Source of the DNA: Solwaraspora sp. WMMD1047
GTDB taxonomy: Bacteria > Actinomycetota > Actinomycetes > Mycobacteriales > Micromonosporaceae
Direction: 5' to 3'
NCBI RefSeq assembly: GCF_029626155.1
Contig: NZ_JARUBL010000001.1
Location: 7,692,816-7,756,815, forward strand
DNA length: 64,000 nucleotides
The translations under genes and the position numbers were made by a program. The notes under the pieces are model-generated. The model ran no database searches. It was not told the DNA's origin and saw only the letters and a program-made list of their open reading frames with translations. Shown one piece after another: positions 18,823-28,900 of the stretch; position 1 is the first letter of the stretch; the number at the start of each line of letters is the position of its first letter.

Positions 18823-19404
18823 CTAGCCGTGGGCCAGCACCCAGACCGGCAGGCCGCCGGAGGTCAGTTCGGCGGTCACCCGCCAGCCGGCCCGGCGGTA
18901 GATGCCCACGTTGCGTTCGGTGGCGGTCTCCAGGTAGGCGGGCAGGCCGGCGGCGGCGGCTTCGCGCAGGCCGGCGGTCATCACCTCCCGGCCCCACCGC
19001 CGGCCGGCGTGAGCCGGGTGGGTGGCCAGGATGCCCAGGTACCAGAACGGGGTGGCCGGCAGCGCCGCCCGGACCGGGCGGTCGAACGCGGTGAGCCGGT
19101 CCGTCACCTCGGCGGGCAGGTCGAGTGCCACGTCGGCAGCGGGCGTGGCCGGTGGCTCCCACATCGCCACCGAGGCGCCGCCCTCGACGATCCAGACGCT
19201 GCCGCCGCCGACCCGCCGGTCGAAGAGGTAGCCGGCGAAGATCGGGGCCTGCCGGCGGTAGTCCGCGTCGGTGGGGAAGAAGTACCGGAAGGCCGGGTCG
19301 GTCGCGAAGGCCGCGACCACCGTGTCGACGACGGCGGCCCGGTCGGCCGGGGTCGCCCGGGTGGCGGTGGGCCGGTCGGGTGTTGATCCGAGGGGCTGTT
19401 CCAT
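18823..19404 (-). CDS. GNAT-family N-acetyltransferase
   Basis: ~190 aa with the acetyl-CoA binding region (…ATHPAHAGRRWGREVMTAGL…). The track ORF extends upstream as junk; ATG 19404 was chosen. Confidence 0.55.
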   Translation of the reverse strand: MEQPLGSTPDRPTATRATPADRAAVVDTVVAAFATDPAFRYFFPTDADYRRQAPIFAGYLFDRRVGGGSVWIVEGGASVAMWEPPATPAADVALDLPAEVTDRLTAFDRPVRAALPATPFWYLGILATHPAHAGRRWGREVMTAGLREAAAAGLPAYLETATERNVGIYRRAGWRVTAELTSGGLPVWVLAHG

Positions 19405-19415
19405 GCGGTTGGACG

Positions 19416-20099
19416 TTACCGGGGGGCCGGTCGCCACAGCTCGCCCCGCAGCAGGCGGTCGGCGCCCAGCCAGGCGATGTTCATCATCCGGGTGGCCATC
19501 CGGTCCGGTTCGGCGTCGGGGTGGTCGCAGAGCCAGTCCGCCAGCGACTCGGCCGCGCCGACAAGGGCGTACGCCATGACCTCCAGGTCCGTCTCGGTGA
19601 CGTCGGCGGCCCGGTCGGGCGCCGCGCGCCGGAGCAGCCCGCCCAGCATGCCGGTCACCACCTGGACGATCCGGTCCCGCAGGGTGGCCAGCTCGTCGGC
19701 GAACGGGCGCTCGCCGCGGGCCTGGCGGTAGAGCACCGCCCAGCCGTCCCGGTGCGCGCCGACGAAGCCGAAGAACGCCCGCAACCCGCGCCACAGTTGG
19801 TCGTCGGGCGCCAGGTCCGGGTCGATCGAGGCGCCGATCGCCGACATCATCCGGGTGCCTTCCCGGTGCAGGCAGGCGACGAAGAGCTCCTCCTTGGTGC
19901 CCAGGTAGGCGTAGACCATCGGCTTGGAGATTCCGGCGAGGGCGGCGATGTCGTCGACGCTGGCCGGGTGGAAGCCGTGCCGGGAGAAGATCGTGACGGC
20001 GGCGTCCAGCATCTGCTGCTCCCGGACGGCGCGTGGCAGCCGCTTGAAGGCCGGTCGCGCCGGAGCGGCAGACTGGTGGGCGGCGGGCGGACCGGACAT
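19416..20099 (-). CDS. TetR-family transcriptional regulator
   Basis: N-terminal HTH (MLDAAVTIFSRHGFHPASVDDIAALAGISKPMVYAYLGTKEELF). ATG 20099. Confidence 0.75.
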   Translation of the reverse strand: MSGPPAAHQSAAPARPAFKRLPRAVREQQMLDAAVTIFSRHGFHPASVDDIAALAGISKPMVYAYLGTKEELFVACLHREGTRMMSAIGASIDPDLAPDDQLWRGLRAFFGFVGAHRDGWAVLYRQARGERPFADELATLRDRIVQVVTGMLGGLLRRAAPDRAADVTETDLEVMAYALVGAAESLADWLCDHPDAEPDRMATRMMNIAWLGADRLLRGELWRPAPR

Positions 20100-20119
20100 C
20101 TTGCGAGCATACCTACTCC

Positions 20120-20144
20120 TGCGTAAGGTTACGCACCAGTAACC
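20120..20144. promoter_or_regulatory. Two overlapping palindromes (TGCGTAA-gg-TTACGCA and GGTTAC-n6-GTAACC) in the TetR / SCP2 divergent intergenic region; candidate TetR operator
   Basis: Seen directly. Lies 20 bp from the TetR start codon. Confidence 0.45.
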
Positions 20145-20165
20145 AGAAATCTCCCGTCCGGAAGG

Positions 20166-20627
20166 TTGACCGCCATGACTGACTTCGACCCGGCCACGTT
20201 CGACTCGGTCGACCCCGCGCAGTTCGCCAAGCTCGTCAAGTCCACCCCGGACGCGCAGATCGCCGAGGTGATGGCGAGCGACAAGCGTGGCAAGATCCTC
20301 GACGCGGTGTTCTCCCGGATGCCCACGCTGTTCCGGGCCGACCGGGCCGGCTCGACCAACGCGGTGATCCACTGGACCATCACCGGGCGGCCGGACGGCG
20401 GCTCCGACACCTACGAGATCGTCATCGAGAACGGCACCTGCACGGTGCCGCCGACCCCCGAGCGCGACCCGAAGCTCTCCCTCACCATGGGCCCGGTCGA
20501 GTTCCTGAAGATCGTCTCCGGTGGCGCGAACCCGGTGATGATGTTCATGACGGGCAAGCTGAAGGCAAAGGGCGACCTCGGCCTGGCCGCCAACATCGCG
20601 AACCTGTTCGACATCCCCAAGGCCTGA
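20166..20627 (+). CDS. SCP2 sterol/lipid-carrier domain protein
   Basis: …NAVIHWTITGRPDGG…GKLKAKGDLGLAANIANLF is the SCP2 fold signature. Confidence 0.65.
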   Translation: MTAMTDFDPATFDSVDPAQFAKLVKSTPDAQIAEVMASDKRGKILDAVFSRMPTLFRADRAGSTNAVIHWTITGRPDGGSDTYEIVIENGTCTVPPTPERDPKLSLTMGPVEFLKIVSGGANPVMMFMTGKLKAKGDLGLAANIANLFDIPKA

Positions 20628-20628
20628 C

Positions 20629-21879
20629 GTGGCCGAGTTCTCGCTCGACCTGACCGAGGACCAGCGGGACCTGCGGGACTGGGTGCACGGCTTCGCCGCC
20701 GACGTCGTGCGCCCGGCCGCGGCCGACTGGGACGCCCGCGAGGAGACCCCCTGGCCGATCATCGCGGAGGCCGCCAAAATCGGACTGTACGGCTTCGAGT
20801 TCGTCGCCAACTGCTGGGCCGACCCGAGCGGGCTGTCCCTGCCGATCGCCAGCGAGGAGCTCTTCTGGGGCGACGCCGGGATCGGCATGAGCATCTTCGG
20901 CACCACCCTCGCGGTGGCCGCCATCTACGGCACCGGCACCCCCGACCAGATGCTGGAGTGGGTACCGCAGTGTTACGGCACCGTCGATCAGCCGGCCGTC
21001 GCGGCGTTCTGCACCACCGAGCCGGAGGCCGGCTCCGACGTGGCCGCGATGCGCACCCGGGCCCGCTACGACGAGGCCACCGACGAGTGGGTGCTCACCG
21101 GGCAGAAGGCGTACGCCACGAACGGTGGGATCGCCGGCGTACACGTGGTCACCGCCTCGGTCGAACCCGAACTCGGCTCGCGCGGCCAGGCCGCCTTCGT
21201 GGTGCCGCCCGGCACCCCGGGCCTGGCCGGCAGCCGCAAGCTGCACAAGCTCGGGCTGCGGGCCTCGCACACCGCCGACGTCTTCCTCGACGACGTCCGG
21301 GTGCCGGGGCGCTGCCTGCTCGGCGGCCGGGAGGCGCTGCTCGAACGGCTGGCCCGCGCCCGCGCCCGGCAGGCCGGCGGTGACCGGGCCGCGACCGGGT
21401 CCGGGCAGGCCGGCTCGGGGCAGGCCGCGATGCGGACCTTCGAGCTGTCCCGGCCGACCGTCGGGGCGCAGGCGATCGGCGTCGCCCGGGCCGCCTACGA
21501 GTACGCCCTCGACTACGCCAGCGAGCGGATCCAGTTCGGCCGGCCGATCATCACCAACCAGGCCATCGCCTTCGCCCTGGCCGACATGCGGATGGAGATC
21601 GACGCCGCCCGGCTGCTGGTCTGGCGGGCCGCCTGGATGGGCCGCAACAATCGGCCGTTCCTGGCCGGCGAGGGGTCGATGTCGAAGCTCAAGGCCGGCG
21701 AGGTGGCGGTCGCGGTCACCGGTCAGGCGGTGCAGATCCTCGGCGGCGCCGGATTCGTCCGCGACCACCCGGTCGAACGCTGGTACCGGGACGCCAAGAT
21801 CTACACGATCTTCGAGGGCACCTCGGAGATCCAGCGACTGGTGATCTCCCGGGCCATCTCCGGCCAGCAGCTCCGCTGA
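20629..21879 (+). CDS. Acyl-CoA dehydrogenase
   Basis: 416 aa. ACAD N-terminal, middle (…FCTTEPEAGSD…) and C-terminal (…IYTIFEGTSEIQRLVI…) signatures. Confidence 0.8.
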   Translation: MAEFSLDLTEDQRDLRDWVHGFAADVVRPAAADWDAREETPWPIIAEAAKIGLYGFEFVANCWADPSGLSLPIASEELFWGDAGIGMSIFGTTLAVAAIYGTGTPDQMLEWVPQCYGTVDQPAVAAFCTTEPEAGSDVAAMRTRARYDEATDEWVLTGQKAYATNGGIAGVHVVTASVEPELGSRGQAAFVVPPGTPGLAGSRKLHKLGLRASHTADVFLDDVRVPGRCLLGGREALLERLARARARQAGGDRAATGSGQAGSGQAAMRTFELSRPTVGAQAIGVARAAYEYALDYASERIQFGRPIITNQAIAFALADMRMEIDAARLLVWRAAWMGRNNRPFLAGEGSMSKLKAGEVAVAVTGQAVQILGGAGFVRDHPVERWYRDAKIYTIFEGTSEIQRLVISRAISGQQLR

Positions 21880-22116
21880 CCCGCCCCGCCGCGGGTCCGA
21901 CCGCCGGGCCCGCGGCGGGGCGAGCGCGGACAACGGCCCTGGTGAACCAGGGGGCGGCCGAGAACGTGGAGCCAACCAGAGGCCGCGTACGCGGGCAGGT
22001 GGCCGTGGAGCGTCAACCCGGCACGGCACCCGCCGGTCAGCCCGGGACCGTCCGGCCGTAAGGCGGGACTACCAGACGTCCGCTCACCGAAGCGCGCTGA
22101 GAGGTAGAGGTTCGCC

Positions 22117-23676
22117 ATGGACCTGCCGTTCCTGGTCGCCACCCTGACCCGTCGCGGCCTGCTCAGGCCGGGGCCGCCGGGGCGGGTACTGGCCCAGCTC
22201 GCCGCGCTGCGAAACTGGGGTTACAGCCTCGCCGGCGAGCTGCGGCAGGCCGCCGTGCGGGACCCGGACCGGGTCGCGCTCATCGACGAGCGGCGCGGGG
22301 AGATCAGCTACCGGGAGCTGCTGGACCGCTCGCAACGACTGGCCCGGGCGCTGCACGGCGCGCTCGGCGTCGAGGCCGGCGACCGGATCGGCGTCCTCGG
22401 ACGCAACCACGCCGGGACGGTCGAGGCGATGGTGGCCGGGGCCCTGCTCGGCGCCGACCCGGTGCTCGTCAACACCGGGCTGTCCGGTCCGCAGCTCGAC
22501 ACGGTCGCCCAGGAGCAGGGGCTGCGGGTGCTGCTGCACGACGACGAGTTCGCCGCGCTGGCGGTGAACCTGCCGGCCGGGGTGCACCGGGTCGACGAGC
22601 GCCGGCACGCCGAGTTGGTCGCCGGCACGCCCCCCGGCGACCTGGCACCACCGGACCGGGACGGCCGGACGATCGTGCTCACCTCCGGCACCACCGGTGC
22701 CCCGAAGGGTGCCCGGCGGCGTACCCCGAGCGGTTTCGGGCCGCTGGCGGCGATCATTGACCGGATCCCGCTGCACGCCCGCGAGCGGATGATGATCGTC
22801 GCCCCGGTCTTCCACACCTGGGGGTACGCCGCGCTGCAGGTCGCCTTCGCGCTGCGGGCCACCGTGGTGCTGCGGCGCCGGTTCGAGCCGGCGGCCACCC
22901 TGGCGGCGATCGAGCGGCACCGCTGCACGGCGCTGTTCGCCGTGCCGGTGATGCTGCAACGCCTGTTGGAGGTCCCGCCGCCGGGCCGGACCCCGCTGCG
23001 GGTGGTCGCGGTCAGCGGCTCGGCGCTGGCCGGCGGCCTGGCCACCCGGTTCATGGACGCCTACGGCGACGTGCTCTACAACCTGTACGGGTCGACCGAG
23101 GTCTCCTGGGCCTCCATCGCCACCCCGGCCGACCTGCGCCGGGCCCCGAACACCGCCGGCCGGGCGCCACACGGCACCCGGCTGCGCATCCTCGACCCGG
23201 CCGGCCGGCCGGTGCCCGCCGGCCAGGTCGGGCAGATCTTCGTCGGCAACGAGATGCTCTTCGACGGCTACACCTCCGGGGCCGCCCGGCCGACCCGGGA
23301 CGGGCTGCTCGGCACCGGCGACCTCGGCCACCTCGACACCGACGGGCTGCTCTTCGTCGGCGGACGGGCCGACGACATGATCGTCTCCGGCGGCGAGAAC
23401 GTCTTCCCCGCCGACGTCGAGGACCTGCTCGCCGGCCTGCCCCAGGTACGCGAGGTGGCCGTGATCGGGGTCCCCGACGACGAGTACGGCCAACGACTCG
23501 CCGCCTACCTCGTGCTGCACCCGGGCGAACGGTTGGATCCGGACGACGTACGGGCCTACGTACGGCACTATCGGGCCCGATTCTGCGTACCCCGGGATGT
23601 CGCATTTTTGACCTCCCTGCCGCGTAATGCCACCGGCAAGGTTCTCGCTCGGGAGCTGCGCAGATACGCTGGATGA
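22117..23676 (+). CDS. Acyl-CoA synthetase / AMP-dependent ligase (FadD-like)
   Basis: AMP-binding motif LTSGTTGAPKGA, YGSTE, and C-terminal …PRNATGKVLAREL. Confidence 0.75.
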   Translation: MDLPFLVATLTRRGLLRPGPPGRVLAQLAALRNWGYSLAGELRQAAVRDPDRVALIDERRGEISYRELLDRSQRLARALHGALGVEAGDRIGVLGRNHAGTVEAMVAGALLGADPVLVNTGLSGPQLDTVAQEQGLRVLLHDDEFAALAVNLPAGVHRVDERRHAELVAGTPPGDLAPPDRDGRTIVLTSGTTGAPKGARRRTPSGFGPLAAIIDRIPLHARERMMIVAPVFHTWGYAALQVAFALRATVVLRRRFEPAATLAAIERHRCTALFAVPVMLQRLLEVPPPGRTPLRVVAVSGSALAGGLATRFMDAYGDVLYNLYGSTEVSWASIATPADLRRAPNTAGRAPHGTRLRILDPAGRPVPAGQVGQIFVGNEMLFDGYTSGAARPTRDGLLGTGDLGHLDTDGLLFVGGRADDMIVSGGENVFPADVEDLLAGLPQVREVAVIGVPDDEYGQRLAAYLVLHPGERLDPDDVRAYVRHYRARFCVPRDVAFLTSLPRNATGKVLARELRRYAG

Positions 23677-23705
23677 CGCGGAGCCAGACCATTGAGGAGG
23701 CACGC

Positions 23706-24152
23706 GTGGAATTTGCAGAATCGCAGCGGCTGAGCGAGGCGGCGAGCGCGATCGAGGCGTTCGGAAGGTCCAGTTTTCCCGAGTCGTACACGGGCGTGGC
23801 GCTCGAATCGGACGGGCAGGGTCTGGTCGTCTACCGGCGACCGTCGCCGGCCCTCGACACGGCGCTGCACCACCTGATGGCCGGGCTGCCGGTAACCGTC
23901 CACGATGCCCGATACTCGGAACGTGAGCTGCTCTCCGTTGTGGATCAGCTCCGGTCCGACGACGCGTACTGGCGCGAGCAGGGGTTGCGGATCTCGACGT
24001 TCGGGCCCCGACACGACGGCAGCGGGATCGATCTGACCACTCCCGACGTCGAGTTGGCCCGCCGGTTGCTGCCGGGCCGCTACGACGTCGAGTTCCTGAT
24101 CACCCGCGGCGGTCCGGTCACCCCGTACCCGGCGACCACCGCTCAGCCCTGA
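23706..24152 (+). CDS. Hypothetical protein
   Basis: ORF with a strong RBS (gaggagg) before GTG 23706. No family recognised. Confidence 0.35.
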   Translation: MEFAESQRLSEAASAIEAFGRSSFPESYTGVALESDGQGLVVYRRPSPALDTALHHLMAGLPVTVHDARYSERELLSVVDQLRSDDAYWREQGLRISTFGPRHDGSGIDLTTPDVELARRLLPGRYDVEFLITRGGPVTPYPATTAQP

Positions 24153-24251
24153 CCTCGGCCCGCGGCGGGCCGTAAACAGTCGGTGTAATCTCTGATTCAG
24201 TTCAGAGTCGACCGACTGTCCCGGCCATCGCATCTGAGGGGATCCGCCGCC

Positions 24252-25502
24252 ATGCCGGATCAGGTCTCGCGACGGGCATTCCTCAGTGGTGTGCTGGCAA
24301 CCGGCGCGTTCAGCGCGGTCGGCATCTATCTGGTGCCGGGCGGCCGCTCGCTTCCGTCGGTCGAGTTGCGACTCACCACCGGCGAGGACTCGACCGGCGC
24401 CCGGGACCTGCTGATCTCGCTGTGGAATCAGGCGCACCCGAGAAGCATCATCCGCACCGAAGTGGTGGCCAGCGGCTCGGGGGACGAGTGGCGGGTGATG
24501 CTGGCCAAGGCCCAGAACGGCGAGACGGACCTGGTCAACCTCGACATCATCGACGTACCCCAGTTCGCCCGGGACGGATTGATCGATCCGATCCCGATGG
24601 ACGGTGGGCAGCTCGTCGAGCCACTGCGGACGATCAGTCGGGTGCCCGGCAGCGACGAAGCCTACTGGGCCGCGCCCTTCAACGCTGACGTCGGCATGCT
24701 CTTCACCCGCGTCGACGACGAGCGGGCCGAGGTTTCGTTCCGGAGCCTCGCGGACCTCTACGCCGAGATTCCCGACGGCTCACGCGAGTTCGTGGGACAG
24801 TTGCGCTCGACGGTGTCGGCCCACCACGAGGGCTTCGTGGTGAACGTGCTGGAGCACGCCTGCTCGGTCCGCCCCGCCGCCCTCAACGACTTCGCCGAGG
24901 AGAACGCGGCCAGCCAGGCGGACCGGGTCTACCGGGACGAGCAGCTGTGGAAGGACGCGCTGACGCCGCTCAGGGAGGCCATCGCCCGGAACCGGGTCCT
25001 GGCGGTCGGCAGCGAGGCCGAGACCCGGGACGAGTTCGGCCGGCCCGACGCCACCGCCCGGTACATGCGCAACTGGCCGGTGAAATACCGCGAGCTGCAG
25101 CAGCTGGGCAACCCCGATGTCCGCGCCGGCCGAATCCGGGTCCAGCCACTGGACGTGGGGATTCTCGGCGGCCAGAGCCTGGCGGTCGTCTCCTCGTCGC
25201 CACACGTCGCGCAGGCCCGGGAGTTCGTCCAGTTCGCCACCAGCCTCGGGGCGCAGCGGATCCTCGCCGCGCACGGCCTCGCCCCCACCGTGATCGGGGC
25301 GTACAGCGGCGAGAATCTGCGGGCACCGATCCCGCACCTCGACGCCGTCCGGGAGGCCGTGGAGAAGGCCCTGCCCCGGCCGGTCCATCCGCGCTACCGC
25401 GAGTTCTCCGCCATCCTACGCAGCAACGTCGACCGGTTCCTGCACGCCGAAGACGATTTGTCGTCGAGCTTCATCACCGAGCTGGTGGAGACGCTCAGCT
25501 GA
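24252..25502 (+). CDS. ABC transporter solute-binding protein (family 1), Tat/lipoprotein-type signal
   Basis: RRAFLSGVLATGAFSAV signal and ~400 aa SBP-like body. No permease or ATPase genes are adjacent. Confidence 0.55.
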   Translation: MPDQVSRRAFLSGVLATGAFSAVGIYLVPGGRSLPSVELRLTTGEDSTGARDLLISLWNQAHPRSIIRTEVVASGSGDEWRVMLAKAQNGETDLVNLDIIDVPQFARDGLIDPIPMDGGQLVEPLRTISRVPGSDEAYWAAPFNADVGMLFTRVDDERAEVSFRSLADLYAEIPDGSREFVGQLRSTVSAHHEGFVVNVLEHACSVRPAALNDFAEENAASQADRVYRDEQLWKDALTPLREAIARNRVLAVGSEAETRDEFGRPDATARYMRNWPVKYRELQQLGNPDVRAGRIRVQPLDVGILGGQSLAVVSSSPHVAQAREFVQFATSLGAQRILAAHGLAPTVIGAYSGENLRAPIPHLDAVREAVEKALPRPVHPRYREFSAILRSNVDRFLHAEDDLSSSFITELVETLS

Positions 25503-25526
25503 CCGCCGAGGAGGGAGGTGAGCCGG

Positions 25527-25970
25527 ATGCGGCTGGAACCATGGCACGTTCCGCTGCTGGTCACGGCCGGCATCATCGTGCTCAGCTACCTGATCTTCAA
25601 GACGCCCGGAAGCTGGCTGGGCCGGATCAAAGGCTTCCTGCGGACCGCAACGCTCGGTCTGATCGCCGCGCTCCTGGTGGCCGCCCTGGTGGTGGCCGCC
25701 CTCGGTCCGGACCTCGCCGACCAGTTGGCCAGCGTGGCCGCCGCGATCGCCTCCTTCGTCGCGCTCTGGCTCACCTACCAGTCGCGCCGCTCGTTCGGCA
25801 GCCCGCGCCAGGCGACGCAGCAACCGGCCAAGCCGACACCCGCCGAGCAGGGCACGGCGCAGCAGGCGCCACCGGCCCAGCAGACCCCACCGGCCGAGCA
25901 GGCCGAGCCCGAGGGCTCGGCGGACGTCGCCGCGCGGGACGGGTCTACCGCTGGTCCGCGGCCCGGCTGA
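25527..25970 (+). CDS. Small membrane protein, 2 TM helices + Pro/Gln/Ala-rich tail
   Basis: RBS gagggagg before ATG 25527. Hydrophobic segments LLVTAGIIVLSYLIF and LGLIAALLVAALVVAAL. Confidence 0.4.
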   Translation: MRLEPWHVPLLVTAGIIVLSYLIFKTPGSWLGRIKGFLRTATLGLIAALLVAALVVAALGPDLADQLASVAAAIASFVALWLTYQSRRSFGSPRQATQQPAKPTPAEQGTAQQAPPAQQTPPAEQAEPEGSADVAARDGSTAGPRPG

Positions 25971-28900
25971 TCGCCGACTCCACCCCACCAAGCCGGTCGG
26001 CGAGCAGCCCCAGCGCGCCGACCGCCCGGTCCACCGGATCCGAGCCGGAACCGCCGAGCGCCTTCTCCCGCAGGTAACCGGCCTTCACCTCGGCCCAGCG
26101 GCGGGCCTGCTCGGCGGTCAACCGGCCGCGCAGCTCGGCCAGCTTGAGCAGGTTCGCCTCCGCACCGGCCGCCAGCGTCTGCGCCTCGCCCAGGTAGTGG
26201 TCGTCGATCGCCGCGGCCAACTCGTCGTCGTTCATCACCGGGACGATCCGCTCGGCCAGCTTGTTCATGTTCCGGTAGGAACCCTGCAGTTGGAACGGCG
26301 GTTCGGTCCGGGAGGCGTCCGCCTGGGCCGCCGACGCGATGTACGCCTGGTTGTTGGCCAGCACCACCCGCTGCACCTGGAGCATCTTGCGCAACACCGA
26401 GAGGACCTGCTCCAGCTCGGCCGCCGGGTACGGGTGGGCGAGCTGGTCGGGCCGGACGGTGTCGTCGCCCCGGGCCAGCCGGACCAGCAGCTCGATGTCG
26501 CCGCGCTCCCGGGTGGACAGCGGCGCCAGCACCGGGTTCGAGGTCAGCGCGTTCTCCAGGTAGCTGAGCGCGAAAACCTCCTCTCGCCCGGAGAGCACGT
26601 CGCCGAGGTTCCAGACGTCGGCCCGGTTGGCGAGCATGTCCGGCACCCGGAACCGGCGCCCCGACTCGGTGTACGGGTTGCCCGCCATGCAGACCGCGAA
26701 CCGACGGCCGCGCAGGTCGTAGCTGCGGGTGCGGCCCTCCCACACCCCCTCCATCCGGCGCTGGCCGTCGCAGAGCGAGATGAACTTCTGCAGCAGCTCG
26801 GGCGAGGTGTGCTGGATGTCGTCCAGGTAGAGCAGCACGTTGCTGCCCAGCTCCAGGGCGAAGGAGATCTTCTCGACCTCCTGCCGGGCGGTCGCGTTCG
26901 GCGCCTCGGCCGGGTCGACCGAGGTGACCGCCGAGCCGAGCGCCGGTCCGTTCACCTTCACGAAGACCAGCCCGAGCCGGCTGGCCACGTACTCCATCAG
27001 GGTGGTCTTGCCGTAGCCGGGCGGGGAGATCAGCAGCAGCAGACCCATCTGGTCGACCCGCTTGCCGTCGCCGGTGGCACCGAGCTGCCGGGCCAGGTTG
27101 TCGCCGATCAGCGGCAGGTAGACCTCGTCGATCAGCCGGTTGCGGACGAACGTGCCGAGCACCTTCGGCCGGTACTCGTCCAGCCGCAGCCGGTCCCGCT
27201 CGGCCGCCACCAGCTCGTTGCGCCGCCGCTGGTACGCCCGGTACGCCGGCACCCGCTCGACCCGGAACCGGCGGGTCCGGGCCAGCACCTCGTCGATGCG
27301 GAGGGTGAGCCGGGAGCCGTCGATCCGCGGGTGGCTGGCGAGCAGCCCACCGACCTCGGCCGACAGGGTGGCGGCCGAGTCGTGCCGCGGCAGGTCGGCC
27401 CCGCACAGCTCGATGGCCACCGCCTCCGGCAGATCCGCCGGCGCCGCCCCGGCACCGCCGGCCGAGCCCGGCTCGGCGGGGCCGGACTCGGACCGCACGA
27501 ACGCCTCCAGCCAGGCCCGGACCAGCTGGTGCCGGGCGGCCAGGTCGTCGCCGAGGGCGCGCAGGTCCTCCTCGTACGCCTGGGTGGATTGTGATCCGGG
27601 CCCGCCGAGTGCCCGGCGGAACCGGTCCAGCAACCCCCGGGCGCCGGCCCCGGTGACGAAGCCGTCCGGTCCCTCGGAGAGCTCCTCGAACAGGTACTCG
27701 CCGGCAGACTCCCGCTCGGCGGCCAGCTCGGCCAGCCCGGCGGGACCGTCGAGGAAGTCGCCGATGGCGGTGCTGAACTCGGCGCGCAGCGCGTCCAGGG
27801 CCGGGCCGGGACCGAACGCCGACCGGGACCGGGCCAGCGACACCGCGCGCCGGGCGAACCCGGACCGCCGCTGCTCGTCCGCGCCGAACCTCCAGAACAG
27901 CTGGGCGGCGGCCCGGGCGGCCGGCGGGTAGCGCAGCAGGCCGGCGCCGGCCCGCAGCCGCAGCAGCGCGTCCAGGATCAGCGCCGCGTCGTGGTCGTGG
28001 ACGCCGCGCTCGTACCCCTCGTCGTAGCGGCCCTCGGCGGTACGGGTGACCAGCTCCCGCAGGCCGCCGTCGGTCACCGCCGCCGCCCGCAGCGCGTCGA
28101 GGGTCGGCCCGCCGGTCCCCGCCTCGGCGGCGGCGAGGATCGAGGTGGCGAGATACTCGGCCCGGCTCACCTCCGGCGACTCCGAGACCAGCAGCTGGTC
28201 CCAGAAGGGCCGGGTCGCTCCGAACGACTCGTCGCGGACCGGCGCCCGGTAGTCGGTGCCGGTGATCGCCACCGACATCTCGCCGTCGTGCGGGACCAGC
28301 GTGACGTCGACGGCCTGGGTGTTCACCGCGAACCGGTGCCGGCCCAGCCGGATCGTCTCGCCGCCGTCGGCGTACAGGTCGATCCGGTCGCGCAGCGCGC
28401 GGCCGGCCTCCTGCCGCGCGGCCTTGACCCGCCCCGCCAGCTCCTCGGCCCGGACCTGGTCGCCGAGGGTACGCAGCTCGTCGACGACGCCGTGCAGCTT
28501 CGCCACCATCGGGTCGGAGGCGAAGTAGGTGTTCACCTCGTCGAGCGAGGCCAGCCCGGCCAGCCGCCGGTGCACGCTGACCAGAATCCGGTCGGCGGAG
28601 GCGACCAGCCGGTCGGCCCGGCGGGCCCGCTCGTCGAGCAGCGCCTGCTTGCGTGAGGAGAACGCCTCGTAGATGTCGGTCCGCCGGGTGGCCAGCTCGG
28701 CCAGGAAGTCGTCGAACTCGCCGAACCGGGACTCCAGGTTCTCCACCTGCAGCAGCAACCGGCCGAGCTGCTCGTCGCAGCGCTCCGCCGTGTCGGCCAC
28801 CGCGAGCGCGCCGGTCACCGCCTGGCCGAGCAGCGCGAACTCGGCCGCGAAGCCGGCCCGGCCCTCGACCGCCCGCAGCTCGCGGCGGCGGCCGTCCAGG

